Source: Chloroflexota bacterium (GTDB lineage Bacteria; Chloroflexota; UBA11872). From it: a stretch of 50,532 nt of DNA. The notes under the pieces are model-generated. The model saw nothing but the letters and a program-made list of their open reading frames with translations, was not told the origin of the DNA and made no database searches. The position numbers and the translations under genes are program-made. Below, in pieces: positions 12,971 to 23,285 of this stretch. The stretch lies in contig VXPS01000118.1 of the NCBI GenBank assembly GCA_009839425.1, positions 1 through 50,532 on the forward strand. The letters are read 5' to 3'. The first letter of the stretch is position 1. The number at the start of each line of letters is the position of its first letter.

Positions 12971-13801
12971 ATGGGACTGCGTAACTTCAACCCAACGTCG
13001 CCAGGCCGGCGTGGCTACGTTGCGGTCGACAATGAGGAGTTGTCAGGCAATCGGCCGCTGAAGAAGCTGCTGCGACCGCTGACGAAGCGCGCCGGTCGCA
13101 ACAACAGCGGGCGGGTCACCGTTCGACATCGTGGCGGTGGCGCGAAGCGGCGTTACCGGGTGATCGACTGGCACCGCGATAAGGCCGGGGTGCCCGCCGT
13201 GGTGGCTAGCGTTGAATATGACCCCAACCGGTCGGCCCACATTGCCCTCCTGCACTATCGCGACGGTGAGAAGCGATACATCCTGGCGCCGGTGGGAATC
13301 GGCGTGGGCAGCGAGCTCATCTCTGGCCCAGACGTCGAACCGCGTGCGGGCAACGCTATGCAGCTGGCTCGCATTCCGGCGGGAACAGAAGTGCACGCCG
13401 TTGAAATGACTCCTGGACGCGGCGCTCAACTCGTACGTTCGGCCGGTATGGTGTGTCAGCTCATGGCTAAGGACCGCGGACTTGCGACGCTTCGATTGCC
13501 GTCGGGCGAGATGCGGCAAGTGTCCGAACGCTGTATGGCCACCGTGGGGCGCGTTGGTAACGCGGATCACAGCAACCAGTCGGCTGGTAAGGCCGGCCGG
13601 ATACGCTGGCGCCGTCGCCGACCGCAGGTGCGCGGCGCAGCAATGAACCCCACCGACCATCCGCACGGCGGCGGTGAAGGTAAGGCGCCGGTTGGCATGC
13701 CGGGGCCCAAGACGCCGTGGGGCAAGCCCACCCAGGGTCGTCGAACCCGGGTCGGGAGACGGCGCAGCGACAAATTCATCGTGCGCCGGCGGAACAGGTA
13801 G
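12971..13801 (+). CDS. rplB: 50S ribosomal protein L2
   Basis: Listed [19 protein letters not shown] and [14 protein letters not shown] motifs. Confidence 0.97.
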   Translation: MGLRNFNPTSPGRRGYVAVDNEELSGNRPLKKLLRPLTKRAGRNNSGRVTVRHRGGGAKRRYRVIDWHRDKAGVPAVVASVEYDPNRSAHIALLHYRDGEKRYILAPVGIGVGSELISGPDVEPRAGNAMQLARIPAGTEVHAVEMTPGRGAQLVRSAGMVCQLMAKDRGLATLRLPSGEMRQVSERCMATVGRVGNADHSNQSAGKAGRIRWRRRRPQVRGAAMNPTDHPHGGGEGKAPVGMPGPKTPWGKPTQGRRTRVGRRRSDKFIVRRRNR

Positions 13802-13807
13802 TACGGA

Positions 13808-14092
13808 ATGTCGCGCAGCACCAAAAAAGGTTGGTACATCCATCCAAAGCTTGAAAGGCGTGTGGCAGAAGCCTCACGCAGTCGCCGGAAGCAGGTTATT
13901 CGTACCTGGAGTCGGGCCAGCGTGGTTCATCCTGAAATGGTCGGGCTGACCATCGCCGTCCACGATGGGCGACGTCACGTTCCGGTGTATGTTTCTGAAA
14001 ACATGGTCGGGCATCGGCTTGGCGAATTCGCACCGACGCGGACGTTTCGCAGCCATGCGCGCGGACGTTCGACTGCGCCGATGGGACACTGA
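13808..14092 (+). CDS. rpsS: 30S ribosomal protein S19
   Basis: Listed [35 protein letters not shown] motif. Confidence 0.96.
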   Translation: MSRSTKKGWYIHPKLERRVAEASRSRRKQVIRTWSRASVVHPEMVGLTIAVHDGRRHVPVYVSENMVGHRLGEFAPTRTFRSHARGRSTAPMGH

Positions 14093-14095
14093 CAC

Positions 14096-14434
14096 ATGGA
14101 AGTTTCCGCAACCGCCAAGTATGTGCGCATGTCGCCCCAGCGTGGGCGGGCTATTGCACGCGAGTTGCCTGGTCTTGAGATCAATCAGGCCATGGCTACG
14201 CTGGCGTTCATGCCCAATCGAGCCGCTGCCGAGATTGCCAAGGTGGTCAAGTCAGCGGCGGCCAACGCCGAGCACAACTACGCCCTGGACCGCGATGCGT
14301 TACGAATCCAGTCGGTTGTAGTCAACGATGGTCCCGCGCTTCGGCGTTTTCGAGCCAAATCACGTGGTCGAGTTGGGATGTATGTCAAGCGCTCCGGTCA
14401 CATTACCGTGACCGTGGAAGACGGAATGACGTAG
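14096..14434 (+). CDS. rplV: 50S ribosomal protein L22
   Basis: Listed ORF, 112 aa. Position between rpsS and rpsC. Confidence 0.95.
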   Translation: MEVSATAKYVRMSPQRGRAIARELPGLEINQAMATLAFMPNRAAAEIAKVVKSAAANAEHNYALDRDALRIQSVVVNDGPALRRFRAKSRGRVGMYVKRSGHITVTVEDGMT

Positions 14435-14436
14435 GC

Positions 14437-15186
14437 ATGGGTCGCAAAGTTCATCCCATCGGCTACCGTCTGGGCTACACCACGCGTTGGGAAAGTACGT
14501 GGTACGCCGATCGCGACTACACGGAATTGTTGCTGGAGGATTTGGCAATCCGCGATCTGGTCCGTCGCTACCTCGAAGCGCCCAACGGACGCAATGCGGC
14601 TCGCCGCGCTGGCCGCCGGCGGGGCAGCTACGGGGCCGGGGTATCGAAGATCGAGATCGAGCGCCAGGTCAGCCAGGTTCGAGTGGTGATCCATACGGCG
14701 CGTCCGGGCATTGTGATCGGGCGAGGCGGTAGTAACCGTGAGGAAATCCAGAATCGGATCGAAAAGCACACCGGCAAGCGTGTAGTGGTTGATGTCGAAG
14801 AGATCAGCCAGCCCGAACTCGACGCGTTTCTCGTTGTTCGTAACGTTGCCGATCAGCTGGAACGCCGGGTTTCCTTCCGGCGGGCCATCAAGATGACGGC
14901 CGAACGAACCATGCGCGCCGGTGCGCAGGGCGTGAAGATTATGGTTAGCGGCCGCCTGGGCGGTCGCGAAATGTCGCGCAGCGAGTTCGAACTTCTTGGC
15001 ACCGTACCGCTCCAAACGCTTGATGCCGATATCGACTACGGCTTCACGGAGGCGCGAACGACCGCTGGCCGGATCGGCGTGAAGGGGTGGGTCCATCGTG
15101 GGGCGGCTCGGGACGCAGCCGAGTTCTTGTCGGAGACGGTATCGCGACCAGGCGCGGGCCGTCGGCGGCGGCCACCGCGAGGTTAG
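14437..15186 (+). CDS. rpsC: 30S ribosomal protein S3
   Basis: Listed [17 protein letters not shown]-terminus and KH-domain GIVIGRGG motif. Confidence 0.96.
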   Translation: MGRKVHPIGYRLGYTTRWESTWYADRDYTELLLEDLAIRDLVRRYLEAPNGRNAARRAGRRRGSYGAGVSKIEIERQVSQVRVVIHTARPGIVIGRGGSNREEIQNRIEKHTGKRVVVDVEEISQPELDAFLVVRNVADQLERRVSFRRAIKMTAERTMRAGAQGVKIMVSGRLGGREMSRSEFELLGTVPLQTLDADIDYGFTEARTTAGRIGVKGWVHRGAARDAAEFLSETVSRPGAGRRRRPPRG

Positions 15187-15188
15187 CC

Positions 15189-15614
15189 ATGCTGATGCCA
15201 AAGCGCACCAAATTCCGCAAGATGCACCGCGGGCGCCGCCGCGGCCGGGCCGCACGCGGCGACTCGCTCGTCTCTGGCGACTTCGGGCTGCAGGCCACCA
15301 CCGTGGGGTGGGTCGACAGTCGCGAGATCGAGGCGGCTCGTCGGGCGATCACCCATTCGGTTCGGCGTACCGGCCAGCTATGGATTCGAATTTTTCCGGA
15401 CAAGCCCATTACCCAGAAGCCGGCTGAGGTCCGCATGGGTAGTGGGAAGGGCAATGTTGAGAGTTGGGTCGCCGTGATCAAGCCGGGGCGAATTCTTTTC
15501 GAACTGGCCGGCGTTGAAGAAACAATGGCGCGCGAAGCCATGCGTCTGGCGTCACACAAGCTTTCGGTCCAGACCCGTGTCGTGTCACGTTCTACGGAGG
15601 TCGCCGTTGGCTAA
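15189..15614 (+). CDS. rplP: 50S ribosomal protein L16
   Basis: Trimmed from listed ORF 15087 to the ATG at 15189, 2 nt after the rpsC stop. [16 protein letters not shown] is the canonical L16 start. Confidence 0.95.
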   Translation: MLMPKRTKFRKMHRGRRRGRAARGDSLVSGDFGLQATTVGWVDSREIEAARRAITHSVRRTGQLWIRIFPDKPITQKPAEVRMGSGKGNVESWVAVIKPGRILFELAGVEETMAREAMRLASHKLSVQTRVVSRSTEVAVG

Positions 15615-15822
15615 GGCAGACCAGTTCCGGGATCTGAGCGATGAGGAATTGGAGACCCGAATTGCGGAAACCAAGGAAGAACTCTTCCGGCTGCGTGTGC
15701 AGCACGCGACCTTGCAGTTGGCGGACACATCCCAGCTTCGCCATGTGCGCCGCGATATCGCGCGTATGCTGACCGTTCAGCGTGAACGCACGTTCGCGCC
15801 TATCCCGACGGAAGAGGCCTAA
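15607..15822 (+). CDS. rpmC: 50S ribosomal protein L29
   Basis: Trimmed from listed ORF 15514 to the TTG at 15607. GGAGG at 15596-15600 lies 6 nt upstream. The product (M)[29 protein letters not shown] is L29-like. It overlaps the rplP end by 8 nt. Confidence 0.85.
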   Translation: MAKADQFRDLSDEELETRIAETKEELFRLRVQHATLQLADTSQLRHVRRDIARMLTVQRERTFAPIPTEEA

Positions 15823-15825
15823 CCC

Positions 15826-16164
15826 GTGCCAGGGGCTCGTGCACAGCGGATCGGTCGCGTAGCGAGCGATCGGGCCGACAAGACCATCGTCGTCGAGGTG
15901 GAGTCGATCCGCCGCCATCGGCTGTATAAGAAGCCGGTGCGCATTCGGCGTAAATTCATGGCCCACGACCCTGAAAATACGTGCCGCATTGGCGACGTGG
16001 TGCAGATCGAGGAGTCGCGGCCGATGAGCCGGCGGAAGCGCTGGCGATTGATCGAAGTCATTGAGAGAACCCGGCTGACGGATGAAGAACGCCAGGCGGC
16101 TTTAGGCGCCGGCGTGGCCGAGGACCAGGCGGACGACAGTTCCGGGGATTCACAGAACGCGTAA
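15826..16164 (+). CDS. rpsQ: 30S ribosomal protein S17, with an acidic C-terminal extension of about 30 aa
   Basis: Listed ORF with GTG start. [17 protein letters not shown] and [20 protein letters not shown] motifs. Confidence 0.94.
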   Translation: MPGARAQRIGRVASDRADKTIVVEVESIRRHRLYKKPVRIRRKFMAHDPENTCRIGDVVQIEESRPMSRRKRWRLIEVIERTRLTDEERQAALGAGVAEDQADDSSGDSQNA

Positions 16165-16169
16165 TTCAC

Positions 16170-16535
16170 ATGATTCAGCAACAAAGCCGGCTCCGAGTCG
16201 CCGACAACAGCGGTGCGCGCGAGATCATGTGCATCCGTGTGCTCGGCGGATCGTCGAGAAAGTATGCGCACGTGGGCGACATCATTGTGGGAAGCGTTAA
16301 GCAGGCGGCGCCTAACAGCGCTGTACCGCGAGGGTCCGTCGTGCGGGCTGTGGTCGTGCGTGTGAACAAGGAGTACCGGAGGCCGGACGGCTCGCGCATC
16401 CGCTTTGACGATAACGCCGCCGTCTTGCTCGAGGGCGAAGTGCCGCGGGGCACGCGCATCTTTGGACCCGTTGGGCGCGAGCTGCGAGACCGCCAGTTCA
16501 TGCGCATTGTCTCGTTGGCGCCGGAGGTCCTATAG
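16170..16535 (+). CDS. rplN: 50S ribosomal protein L14
   Basis: Listed [31 protein letters not shown]-terminus. Confidence 0.97.
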   Translation: MIQQQSRLRVADNSGAREIMCIRVLGGSSRKYAHVGDIIVGSVKQAAPNSAVPRGSVVRAVVVRVNKEYRRPDGSRIRFDDNAAVLLEGEVPRGTRIFGPVGRELRDRQFMRIVSLAPEVL

Positions 16536-16537
16536 CT

Positions 16538-16867
16538 GTGTCGATGCGACGATTTCGAATTCGTAAGGGCGATACGGTCCAGGTGCTCCAGGGCCGTGAC
16601 GTCGGGCGGCAAGGCGTCGTGGAACGCGTGGTGCCGGCTACGGGACGAATCGTTGTGGAGGGCGTGAATGTTCGAAAGCGTCACGCACGACCGAGGGCCA
16701 TCGGACAGCCAGCGGGTATCATTGACTTCAACGCCCCACTTGATGTGTCAAACGTCATGTTGGTGTGCCCGGTCTGTGACCAGCCGGCGCGCGTCGGCTA
16801 CACGCGGGGCGACGACGGTGTGAAGCGGCGGCTCTGTCGTCGCTGCAACGAACAGATCGACGAGTGA
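16538..16867 (+). CDS. rplX: 50S ribosomal protein L24
   Basis: Listed ORF. KOW motif IRKGDTVQVLQGRDVGRQG. The C-terminal half carries CPVC...CRRC. The start could be GTG 16538 or ATG 16544. Confidence 0.93.
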   Translation: MSMRRFRIRKGDTVQVLQGRDVGRQGVVERVVPATGRIVVEGVNVRKRHARPRAIGQPAGIIDFNAPLDVSNVMLVCPVCDQPARVGYTRGDDGVKRRLCRRCNEQIDE

Positions 16868-17421
16868 TGGCACGCTTATTGGCACGCTTTCGGGAAGAAA
16901 TCCGACCGCAGTTGATGCGCGAGTTCGGATACGGCAACCCGTTGGCCGTTCCACAGCTGGACCGAATCATCGTGAATATCGGGCTGGGCGAAGCGCTCGA
17001 AGACGATGGGGCCGTGGACCATGCCGTCCGTGATATTGCGACGATCACTGGCCAGCGTCCGGTTGTTACGCGGGCTCGCAAGAGCGTGGCTGCGTTCAAG
17101 TTGCGGGCCGGGCAGCGCGTGGGCGTGAAGGGCACGCTGCGCGGTGCCCGTATGTACGAGTTCATGGACCGGCTCGTTACCGTGGCTCTCCCACGAATGC
17201 GTGACTTTCGCGGTGTTCGACGGACCTCGTTTGATGGCCGCGGTAACTACGCGCTGGGGCTGACCGAGCAACTCATCTTTCCGGAAATCGACTACGACCA
17301 GATCGATCGGATCCGCGGATTGCAGATCGTCATCGTGACGACTGCGCGTACTGACGTTGAATCCCTACGGCTGCTGGAACTCCTGGGCATGCCGTTCCAA
17401 CGCCTCGAAGAGGCGGCCTAA
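16867..17421 (+). CDS. rplE: 50S ribosomal protein L5
   Basis: The listed ORF starts at GTG 16864. ATG 16867 overlaps the rplX TGA and gives MARLLARFREEI. Operon order supports the call. Confidence 0.94.
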   Translation: MARLLARFREEIRPQLMREFGYGNPLAVPQLDRIIVNIGLGEALEDDGAVDHAVRDIATITGQRPVVTRARKSVAAFKLRAGQRVGVKGTLRGARMYEFMDRLVTVALPRMRDFRGVRRTSFDGRGNYALGLTEQLIFPEIDYDQIDRIRGLQIVIVTTARTDVESLRLLELLGMPFQRLEEAA

Positions 17422-17430
17422 GGATCGGAC

Positions 17431-17670
17431 ATGGCGAGAAAAGCCAAAATTGAAAAGTGGAAGCGCGAGCGCGACGCATGGCTGGACCCGGAGTTCGAGT
17501 CCAAATCCATTCGCGGGCGCAAGCTGCGCTTTAAGGTGCGCTATCGCAACCGCTGCCGACTCTGCGGGCGACCGCGTGCGCACATCAGGCGATTCGGTAT
17601 CTGCCGAATCTGCTTCCGGGAACTCGCCGTGAAGGGGCATATCCCGGGCGTGACGAAAGCAAGCTGGTGA
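17431..17670 (+). CDS. rpsN: 30S ribosomal protein S14, zinc-binding type Z, 79 aa
   Basis: Listed ORF. C-x2-C-x12-C-x2-C motif ([20 protein letters not shown]) and C-terminal [11 protein letters not shown]. Confidence 0.94.
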   Translation: MARKAKIEKWKRERDAWLDPEFESKSIRGRKLRFKVRYRNRCRLCGRPRAHIRRFGICRICFRELAVKGHIPGVTKASW

Positions 17671-17677
17671 GCCGCAG

Positions 17678-18067
17678 ATGACCGACCCGATTGCGGACAT
17701 GTTGACGCGGCTACGAAACGCTGTCACCGCTCGTCACACCAAGGTCCGAATCCCGCATTCGAAGACCAAAGCCCGAATCGCGGCACTCCTTGCTGAAGAA
17801 GGCTTTGTCGCGTCCATCGAGACTACTCACGAGGCACATCGCGCCTGGTTGGACGTGACGCTGCGCTACCAGAACGGCAAGCCCGTGTTTGGCGGTGCCA
17901 AGCGCGTGAGCCGCCCTGGTCTTCGTATCCATACACGGGCGCGCGAGATTCCGCGGGTGATGGGCGGTATTGGTACGGCCGTTATCTCAACCTCGCAGGG
18001 CATCATGTCCGGCCGCGAAGCTGCCAAACGTCGCCTCGGCGGCGAAGTCATCTGTTTCGTCTGGTAG
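17678..18067 (+). CDS. rpsH: 30S ribosomal protein S8
   Basis: Listed ORF. MTDPIADMLTRLRNA N-terminus. Confidence 0.97.
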   Translation: MTDPIADMLTRLRNAVTARHTKVRIPHSKTKARIAALLAEEGFVASIETTHEAHRAWLDVTLRYQNGKPVFGGAKRVSRPGLRIHTRAREIPRVMGGIGTAVISTSQGIMSGREAAKRRLGGEVICFVW

Positions 18068-18071
18068 GCCC

Positions 18072-18623
18072 ATGTCCCGCATTGGTTTGACTCCCATCGA
18101 CGTCCCGGACGGTGTGACCGTCAGCATTGACGCGAAGAACGTCGTTACGGTGACGGGACCCAAGGGCGAGTTGGTTCAAGCCCTTCCGTCGATGATCAGG
18201 TTCACGCGTGAGAACGGGCGTTTGGTGGCCAGCCGTCCCAACGACGAGCATCGGATCCGCGCCATGCATGGGCTCGCTCGTCAATTGGTGGCCAACATGA
18301 TCGTTGGCGTTACCCAGGGTTATGAAAAGCGACTCGAGATCCAGGGCACCGGTTATAGGGTCCAACTTCAGGGCACCACGCTCGACTTGCAGCTGGGGTT
18401 CACCCATCCGCAGCGACGCCAGGCACCCGAAGGCATCGAGTTTGAAGTGCCCGACCCGACCCACATCGTCATTCGCGGCATCGACAAGCAGGCGGTGGGC
18501 CAAATTGCGGCGGAGCTTCGTGCAATTCGGCCCGCCGATCCCTACAAAGGACATGGGCTCCGCTACCAAGGCGAAGTCGTCCGGCGTAAGCCCGGCAAGA
18601 CCGCCGCAACGACCGTCGTATAG
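18072..18623 (+). CDS. rplF: 50S ribosomal protein L6
   Basis: Trimmed from listed ORF 17970 to the ATG at 18072, 4 nt after the rpsH stop. MSRIGLTPIDVPDGVTV is the canonical L6 start. Confidence 0.95.
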   Translation: MSRIGLTPIDVPDGVTVSIDAKNVVTVTGPKGELVQALPSMIRFTRENGRLVASRPNDEHRIRAMHGLARQLVANMIVGVTQGYEKRLEIQGTGYRVQLQGTTLDLQLGFTHPQRRQAPEGIEFEVPDPTHIVIRGIDKQAVGQIAAELRAIRPADPYKGHGLRYQGEVVRRKPGKTAATTVV

Positions 18624-18635
18624 GTGGACTGACGA

Positions 18636-18989
18636 ATGGCAACTGAGACTCGACAATCGGCACGCAAGCGCAGGCACCGCCGAATTCGCCGGCGAGTTGT
18701 CGGCCACCCCGAGCGCCCGCGACTCGCGGTATTTCGCAGCCTCAAACACATCTATGCGCAGGTGATTGACGACATGGCAGGCCAGACACTGGCCGCCGCC
18801 TCATCGCGTGATTCCGCAGCGGAGGGCGCCACCAAGCTCGAGCGCGCGGCGGACGTTGGCACTCGTCTGGCGAACCGCACGAAGGAGCTTGACATAACTG
18901 CCGTCGTATTCGACCGCGGCGGCCACCGCTACCACGGACGCGTCAAGGCATTGGCCGACGCCGTACGCGCCGGGGGCATTGCACTATGA
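18636..18989 (+). CDS. rplR: 50S ribosomal protein L18
   Basis: Listed [23 protein letters not shown] and [20 protein letters not shown] motifs. Confidence 0.96.
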   Translation: MATETRQSARKRRHRRIRRRVVGHPERPRLAVFRSLKHIYAQVIDDMAGQTLAAASSRDSAAEGATKLERAADVGTRLANRTKELDITAVVFDRGGHRYHGRVKALADAVRAGGIAL

Positions 18990-19531
18990 CCATCGAGACT
19001 CGACTTGCCCCGGGCGGCCACGATGCGGCTCGTGAGGCCGGCGACCTTCATCGCTTGGATGACCGCGTCGTGCGAATCAAGCGCGTAGCAAAGGTCGTGA
19101 AGGGCGGGCGCCGATTCGGCTTCAATGCCATTGTTGTTGTTGGCGACCGGCGCGGACATGTCGGTGTGGGTATCGGTCGGGCGAACGAGGTCGTCGCGGC
19201 CATTCGGAAGGGTCAGGAGCGTGCCCGACGGTCCTTGATTGAGATTCCTTTGACCGAAGATGGATCGATCCCCCACTACGTTGAAGAGAGCTATCGGGCT
19301 TCAAAGGTTGTGCTGCGTCCCGCCAGACCCGGGACCGGGGTAATTGCTGGCGGCGCGGTTCGGGCCGTGCTTGAGTTGGCTGGCGTTCGCAATCTCCTCA
19401 CAAAGATCATCGGCTCTACCAATGCGGTGAACGTGGTCCGAGCCACGGTAAATGGCTTGGCGAGCCTTCAGATTCCTGAAGAAACGGTAGCTCGCCGGAA
19501 GCAGGCCGCGGGGGCGTCCACCGATGACTGA
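18986..19531 (+). CDS. rpsE: 30S ribosomal protein S5
   Basis: Listed [25 protein letters not shown] motif. ATGA overlap with rplR. Confidence 0.96.
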   Translation: MTIETRLAPGGHDAAREAGDLHRLDDRVVRIKRVAKVVKGGRRFGFNAIVVVGDRRGHVGVGIGRANEVVAAIRKGQERARRSLIEIPLTEDGSIPHYVEESYRASKVVLRPARPGTGVIAGGAVRAVLELAGVRNLLTKIIGSTNAVNVVRATVNGLASLQIPEETVARRKQAAGASTDD

Positions 19532-19724
19532 ACTGCGCCTGCGTCAGGTGCGTAGCTCCATTGGATCCCGGGACTCGCAGCGCGACACGCTCAGGGCCTT
19601 GGGTCTGGGCGCGATTGGCCGTCAGTCGTCTCGGCCCGACACCGCGGACGTTCGGGCCATGGTTAAGGTCGTGGAACACCTTGTCGAGGTTGAGTCCGAC
19701 GTGTCGAATAGCGATCAGGCATGA
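19524..19724 (+). CDS. rpmD: 50S ribosomal protein L30
   Basis: Listed ORF, 66 aa. [20 protein letters not shown] motif. Overlaps the rpsE end. Confidence 0.93.
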   Translation: MTELRLRQVRSSIGSRDSQRDTLRALGLGAIGRQSSRPDTADVRAMVKVVEHLVEVESDVSNSDQA

Positions 19725-20167
19725 AACCGCATCAGATCACGGAAGTGGCGCCAGCGCGAAAGCGACGCCGTCGCGTCGGCCGCGGCGAGGGATCGGGGAA
19801 GGGCAAGACGGCCGGCCGGGGCACCCTGGGACAGGGCGCTCGAAGTGGCGGCAACGCTTATCCCGGATTCGAAGGCGGGCAGACGCGCTTGCTCATGCGG
19901 TTCCCCAATCGTCGCGGCTTCACCAACCACCGATTTAGGCGCGACTACCAGCCGGTCAACGTTAGCGCGCTGAATGTCTTTCCCGAGGGATCGGTGGTGG
20001 GGCCGGAGGAACTCAAGGACCGGTGTCTCATTGAACCCGGCCTCTTCAAGATCCTTGCCAACGGCGACCTGGAACACGCACTAACGGTGCGCGCACCGAA
20101 ATTCTCGGCGGCGGCCAAGGCGAAAATCGAAAGCGCCGGTGGTTCCGTCGAGGAGCTGAGCGAGTGA
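19721..20167 (+). CDS. rplO: 50S ribosomal protein L15
   Basis: Listed ORF. RVGRGEGSGKGKTAGRGTLGQGARSG motif. Confidence 0.96.
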   Translation: MKPHQITEVAPARKRRRRVGRGEGSGKGKTAGRGTLGQGARSGGNAYPGFEGGQTRLLMRFPNRRGFTNHRFRRDYQPVNVSALNVFPEGSVVGPEELKDRCLIEPGLFKILANGDLEHALTVRAPKFSAAAKAKIESAGGSVEELSE

Positions 20168-21444
20168 TCGAGACGGCCGTCGCGGCCTTCCAGCTTCCCG
20201 ACGTTCGTCGCAAGATACTCTTCACAGTCGGCCTCCTGATCGTGTTCCGGGCGGTTGCGCATATCCCGCTGCCCGGTGTGAATACGGCGCTGCTGGCCGA
20301 CTTCTTTGCCGGAAACCAGTTGCTGGGGTTCATGAACCTCCTGTCCGGTGGGGCATTGGAGAACTTTTCGGTTGTCGCGTTGGGTGTATACCCCTACGTC
20401 ACCGCCAACATCGCTTCGACGGTCCTGGTTCCGTTGATCCCACCGTTGCAGGAACTCTCGCGAGAAGGTGAGTCCGGTCGTCGCAAGATCGCGCAGTGGA
20501 CTCGCTTGGCCACGATTCCATTCGCCATGCTGCAGGGGTTTGGCCAGATTCAGATCCTGCGCTCAGCCCAGCAAGGTTTGTTGTCTCCAACGCTGGGTCC
20601 CTTCGACATCTTCGTGATGTTGATCGTCATGACGGCGGGAACGATGTTTCTGCTTTGGATTGGCGAGTTGATTACCGAGAACGGCATTGGTAACGGTGTC
20701 TCGATCATCATCTTCGCCGGCATCGTGGCCGGTGCTCCCGCTGCGTTGGGTCAGTCGCTATTCGCCGGCGAAAACATCGGTGGATTCATTGCCGTCGTGA
20801 TCATTGGACTCATCATGATCGCTGCCATAGTTTTCGTGCAGGAAGCCCAGCGTCGAATCCCGGTCCATTACGCCAAGCGCATCCGGGGAACCCGTATGTA
20901 CGGCGGCCAGAGCACGCACATCCCGCTCAAAGTCAACTCGGCCGGCATGATTCCTCTGATCTTTGCCTTTTCGCTGATGCTGCTGCCAGCAACGGTAGCC
21001 AGCTACTTCGAGACATCCGAAATATCGTGGCTGGCCAATGCAGCCGGCGCAATCGCACTCACCCTCAGCCCCAGCAACGCCATCTACTGGGTCTTTACCT
21101 TTCTGCTTGTGATCGTCTTTACGTACGTATACACATTGGTCGTCTTTCAGCAGCAGAACCTGGCGGAAAACCTGCAAAAAAATGGCGGCTTTATCCCCGG
21201 CATCCGTCCCGGCCGTCCCACGCACCAATACCTGACAGGCGTCGTCAACCGCATTACGCTGGCGGGCGCGGTGTTTCTGGGAATCATCGCCGTCGTGCCC
21301 TTCGTGGCTCAGACCGTAACCGGTGCCGACGCAGTGGCCATCAGCAGCACGGGGATGCTGATCGTTGTGGGCGTCGTGCTGGACACCATGCGCCAACTTG
21401 AATCACAGCTGATGATGCGTAACTACGAAGGGTTCATTCGGTAG
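20164..21444 (+). CDS. secY: Preprotein translocase subunit SecY
   Basis: Listed ORF, 426 aa, with many hydrophobic helices. Conserved position between rplO and adk. GTG start overlaps the rplO stop. Confidence 0.96.
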   Translation: MIETAVAAFQLPDVRRKILFTVGLLIVFRAVAHIPLPGVNTALLADFFAGNQLLGFMNLLSGGALENFSVVALGVYPYVTANIASTVLVPLIPPLQELSREGESGRRKIAQWTRLATIPFAMLQGFGQIQILRSAQQGLLSPTLGPFDIFVMLIVMTAGTMFLLWIGELITENGIGNGVSIIIFAGIVAGAPAALGQSLFAGENIGGFIAVVIIGLIMIAAIVFVQEAQRRIPVHYAKRIRGTRMYGGQSTHIPLKVNSAGMIPLIFAFSLMLLPATVASYFETSEISWLANAAGAIALTLSPSNAIYWVFTFLLVIVFTYVYTLVVFQQQNLAENLQKNGGFIPGIRPGRPTHQYLTGVVNRITLAGAVFLGIIAVVPFVAQTVTGADAVAISSTGMLIVVGVVLDTMRQLESQLMMRNYEGFIR

Positions 21445-21448
21445 GCGC

Positions 21449-22021
21449 ATGGGCGAGCGTCCAGTAATCGTGGTTCTGCTTGGCCCACCCGGCGCAGGCA
21501 AGGGCACTCAGGGTGAACGCTTGGCCTGCCGCATTGCACTTGACCACGTGTCCACCGGCGATCTTTTCCGCGATGCGGTCACCGCCGGATCGCCGGCGGG
21601 TCTCCGCGCCGAGTCCTATCTGCTCAGCGGTCAACTTGTACCCGATCAGGTCGTACTCCAGGTGATCGAGGAGTACATGGGCAACGCTCGGGGACGTGAT
21701 ATGTGCTTTGACGGCTTTCCACGTACGCGTAACCAAGCTGAAAAACTGGATGATCTACTCAGGCAATTCAACCTTTCCGTAACCGCCGCGGTCTACATCG
21801 ATGTGCCTGACGAAGTGGCGTTACGGCGTCTGCTCGGCCGCGGTCGGGCGGACGATACCCAAGAAACGGCACGCCACCGATTGCAGGTCTACCACCAGGA
21901 CACAGAGCCGCTCATCGGCTACTACCGTGAGGCTGGTGTCCTGATCGAGGTAGACGGCATCGGCGGCGTTGAGTCCGTCGCGCACCGCGTCTGGAGCACG
22001 TTGAAAGCTGTAGTCCGATGA
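21449..22021 (+). CDS. adk: Adenylate kinase, short LID without a Cys4 zinc site
   Basis: Listed ORF. P-loop GPPGAGKGTQ. The LID region is RGRADDTQETARHRLQVY. Confidence 0.95.
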   Translation: MGERPVIVVLLGPPGAGKGTQGERLACRIALDHVSTGDLFRDAVTAGSPAGLRAESYLLSGQLVPDQVVLQVIEEYMGNARGRDMCFDGFPRTRNQAEKLDDLLRQFNLSVTAAVYIDVPDEVALRRLLGRGRADDTQETARHRLQVYHQDTEPLIGYYREAGVLIEVDGIGGVESVAHRVWSTLKAVVR

Positions 22022-22800
22022 TGTCGGGTTCGATCAAACCCAAGACGCCTGAGCAGGTCGAAGCAATGGCCGCTTCAGGCCGCGTCTTGGCCGGTGCGCT
22101 CGACAAAATTGAGGTTGCGGTGTCTCCCGGCGTAACCACCGGTGAACTTGACGCCATCGCCGAGTCCTTCATCCGCGACCATGGAGGCATTCCGTCGTTT
22201 CAAGGCGTGCGGGCGGCCGACCCCGGCGTCAAGCCCTTTCCCGGCGCAATCTGCGCGTCTATCAACGACGCAATCGTGCATGGAATTCCGGGTAGCGCGG
22301 TGCTGCGCGAAGGCGATATCATTAGCCTGGACTGTGGAGTGATTCTTGACGGCTGGCACTCCGACTCAGCGCGTACGCTCGCGGTTGGCGAGATTGACCC
22401 TGACGCGAGCCGCCTGCTTGATGTAACTCGCGCCGCACTCGCTGAAGCTATTCGTGCCTCCGTCGCGGGTGGCCACATTGGAGATATCGGAGCAGCCGTG
22501 CAGAAGCTGGTCGAGGAGGCCGGGCTGACCATCGTGAGACGATTTGTCGGACATGGAATCGGGCGCACCATGCACGAGTCACCCCAGGTGCCCAACTTTG
22601 GGCGCCCTGGCGGTGGGCCCGAGTTGATCCCGGGAACCACCCTCGCTATTGAGCCGATGGTCAACATCGGGTCGGCCGGTGTGGTCTTCGATACCGACGG
22701 CTGGACGGCGCGCACAGACGATGGCTCGCTGTCCGCCCACTTCGAGCACACCGTGGCGATCACCCACGCAGGACCGCGTGTCCTGACGGAAGCTGTCTGA
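22018..22800 (+). CDS. map: Methionine aminopeptidase, type I
   Basis: Listed ORF. The ISLDCGVILDGWHSDSART, FVGHGIG and LAIEPM metal-ligand regions are typical of MetAP. Confidence 0.95.
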   Translation: MMSGSIKPKTPEQVEAMAASGRVLAGALDKIEVAVSPGVTTGELDAIAESFIRDHGGIPSFQGVRAADPGVKPFPGAICASINDAIVHGIPGSAVLREGDIISLDCGVILDGWHSDSARTLAVGEIDPDASRLLDVTRAALAEAIRASVAGGHIGDIGAAVQKLVEEAGLTIVRRFVGHGIGRTMHESPQVPNFGRPGGGPELIPGTTLAIEPMVNIGSAGVVFDTDGWTARTDDGSLSAHFEHTVAITHAGPRVLTEAV

Positions 22801-22805
22801 GGTTC

Positions 22806-23153
22806 GTGGTGCCGCCACCCAGAAACCAGAAAAACGAAGCACCGGCCCCGCCCGAAGAGTCGTCCAGCAAGACCCCCGTCATTGAAATCGAAGGCGAAGT
22901 CGTCGATTCACTGCCGAACACGATGTTCCTCGTCAAGCCGATTGGGCCGAATGGTCAGCCGCTACGAATTCAGACGGGGGACGGCGACGATGACGAGCCT
23001 CAGGCCATCCTCGCCCACTTGGCCGGCAAGATGCGGCTACGTTTTATTCGCGTAGGCGTCGGTGATCGCGTTCGGATGCAACTCTCGCCCTACGACCTTT
23101 CGCGCGGGCGAATTACCTGGCGGCTGCGTGCCGATCAACGAGTGGAGCGGTAG
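22806..23153 (+). CDS. infA: Translation initiation factor IF-1, atypically long at 115 aa
   Basis: Listed ORF. IF-1 core [18 protein letters not shown] ... [42 protein letters not shown] lies just upstream of tandem GTG codons at 22806 and 22809. The exact start is uncertain. Confidence 0.88.
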   Translation: MVPPPRNQKNEAPAPPEESSSKTPVIEIEGEVVDSLPNTMFLVKPIGPNGQPLRIQTGDGDDDEPQAILAHLAGKMRLRFIRVGVGDRVRMQLSPYDLSRGRITWRLRADQRVER

Positions 23154-23158
23154 CGATC

Positions 23159-23272
23159 ATGCGAGTCTCGGCTTCCGTTAAACCGCGATGCGACCGCTGT
23201 CGAGTTATCCGGCGGCATGGGCGTGTCATGGTCATTTGCTCAAACCCGAAACACAAGCAGCGGCAAGGCTGA
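23159..23272 (+). CDS. rpmJ: 50S ribosomal protein L36
   Basis: Absent from the ORF track because it is under 60 aa. My translation from ATG 23159 gives [37 protein letters not shown] followed by TGA. It has the canonical C-x2-C-x12-C-x4-H motif and sits between infA and rpsM. Confidence 0.93.
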   Translation: MRVSASVKPRCDRCRVIRRHGRVMVICSNPKHKQRQG

Positions 23273-23285
23273 GGACGGGGGATAC

